In this document: positions 63,130-64,000 of the stretch, piece after piece | How the letters are laid out: every line of letters starts with the position of its first letter | Numbering within the stretch: the first letter of the stretch is position 1 | Assembly: GCA_043228905.1 (NCBI GenBank) | Contig: JBHGNT010000016.1 | Span: 3,348,001 to 3,412,000, forward strand | Direction of reading: 5' to 3' | DNA from: Azolla caroliniana | Taxonomy: Eukaryota; Plantae; Polypodiophyta | DNA: 64,000 nucleotides | Translations under genes and position numbers: made by a program | The notes under the pieces: model-generated | The model's database searches: none | What the model was told of the DNA's origin: nothing | What the model saw: the letters and a program-made list of their open reading frames with translations, nothing else

Positions 63130-64000
63130 CATAGACAATGCAATAGAGAGTGCACATTGTGATTGTGAGGTGAATGTGTGTGGGTAGTAGACTAGATTGA
63201 CACGTGTGAAAAGTAAAGCCAAATATAATTGAATGGAGCACATTGTATGAAAATGTAATCATTTCCACACTTGTTCAAGGCAAAAAAATGCATAATTGAT
63301 TAATCTTCTCACTTGTTCTCCAAAGCACATTTCATTAGAGAGTGCACATTTTGATCGTGGGAGGAATGTGTGTAGGAAGTAGATCATATTGACAATATAT
63401 GGAAAGAAAACCTCAATTTGTGTGTAGGGAGTGGAATATGTGTAGAAGGACCAAATTGACATGTACGGAAAGCAAGCCCAAGGGCCAAATCTAGTCAAAT
63501 GTAGTGCATTCGTATCAAAATGTGGTACTCCAACTCCCACACTTGTTCAAGGCAAAATATGCATAAATAATGAGTCTTCTTCCTTGTGGGACGAATGTGT
63601 GTAGGGAGTGGACCATATTCATAATATATGGAAAGAAAACCCAACTTTGTGTGTAGGGAGTGGAATGTGCATAGAGAGTGGACTAGATTGACATATGTGG
63701 AAAGCAAACATAAATCTAGTCAATGTCGCACATTTTGATTGTGGGAGGAATGTGTGTAGTGAGTGGACCATATTGATAATATGTGGAAAGCAAACCCGAT
63801 TTTGTGTATAGGGAGTGGAATGTGTGTAGAGAGTGGTTTGGATTGACATAAGTGGAAGGCAAATCTAAATCCAGTAAAAAAACGTCCCACATTTTACAAA
63901 GTGTGAGACTTTGACTCCCATACTTGTTACGGTCAAAATATCCATAAATAATGAGTCTTCTCACTTGTGCCCCAAAGTACATTGCAATAGAGAGTGCACA
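63130..64000. repeat. Degenerate complex tandem repeat (satellite-like or TE subterminal array), runs off the window end
   Basis: Recurring blocks GAGAGTGCACATT.TGATTGTG, AATGTGTGTAGGGAGTGGA, GATTGACAT..GTGGAAAGCAAA and CACACTTGTTCAAGGCAAAA. Confidence 0.7.

Overview
AT-rich eukaryotic DNA from a land-plant nuclear genome; the long TE-filled introns and repeat style suggest a fern or other non-seed vascular plant (inference only). Four host genes were reconstructed by hand: (1) an intronless L-type lectin receptor kinase (13063-15288, +); (2) an 18-exon GBA2/GH116 non-lysosomal glucosylceramidase (39737->20598, -, 1041 aa); (3) a 9-exon Nudix hydrolase 9-like gene (46806->42768, -, 291 aa); (4) a 4-exon Caprin-like/glycine-rich (RGG) protein gene (49817-55644, +, 573 aa). 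The first intron of gene 4 is U12-type (minor spliceosome) and carries a duplicated 5' splice site, and its promoter has four tandem CCAAT-N9-CCACG (ERSE-type) units. The rest is nested mobile DNA: a gag-only Copia derivative; a related TRIM whose 5' LTR is split by a 4.8-kb hAT transposon; a small Gypsy derivative with a tRNA-Ala primer site that hosts a MITE carrying a 48-bp double-palindrome tandem array; four hAT-type MITEs; solo LTRs; LINE and Copia remnants; and a ~230-bp inverted repeat pair bracketing the Nudix gene. No CRISPR array, rRNA or tRNA gene was found. I cannot demonstrate a wholly new system. The best leads are the ERSE-quadruplet plus U12 double-donor gene, the palindromic array, and the TE architectures. 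Coordinates were counted by eye, and boundaries of degenerate repeats are approximate.
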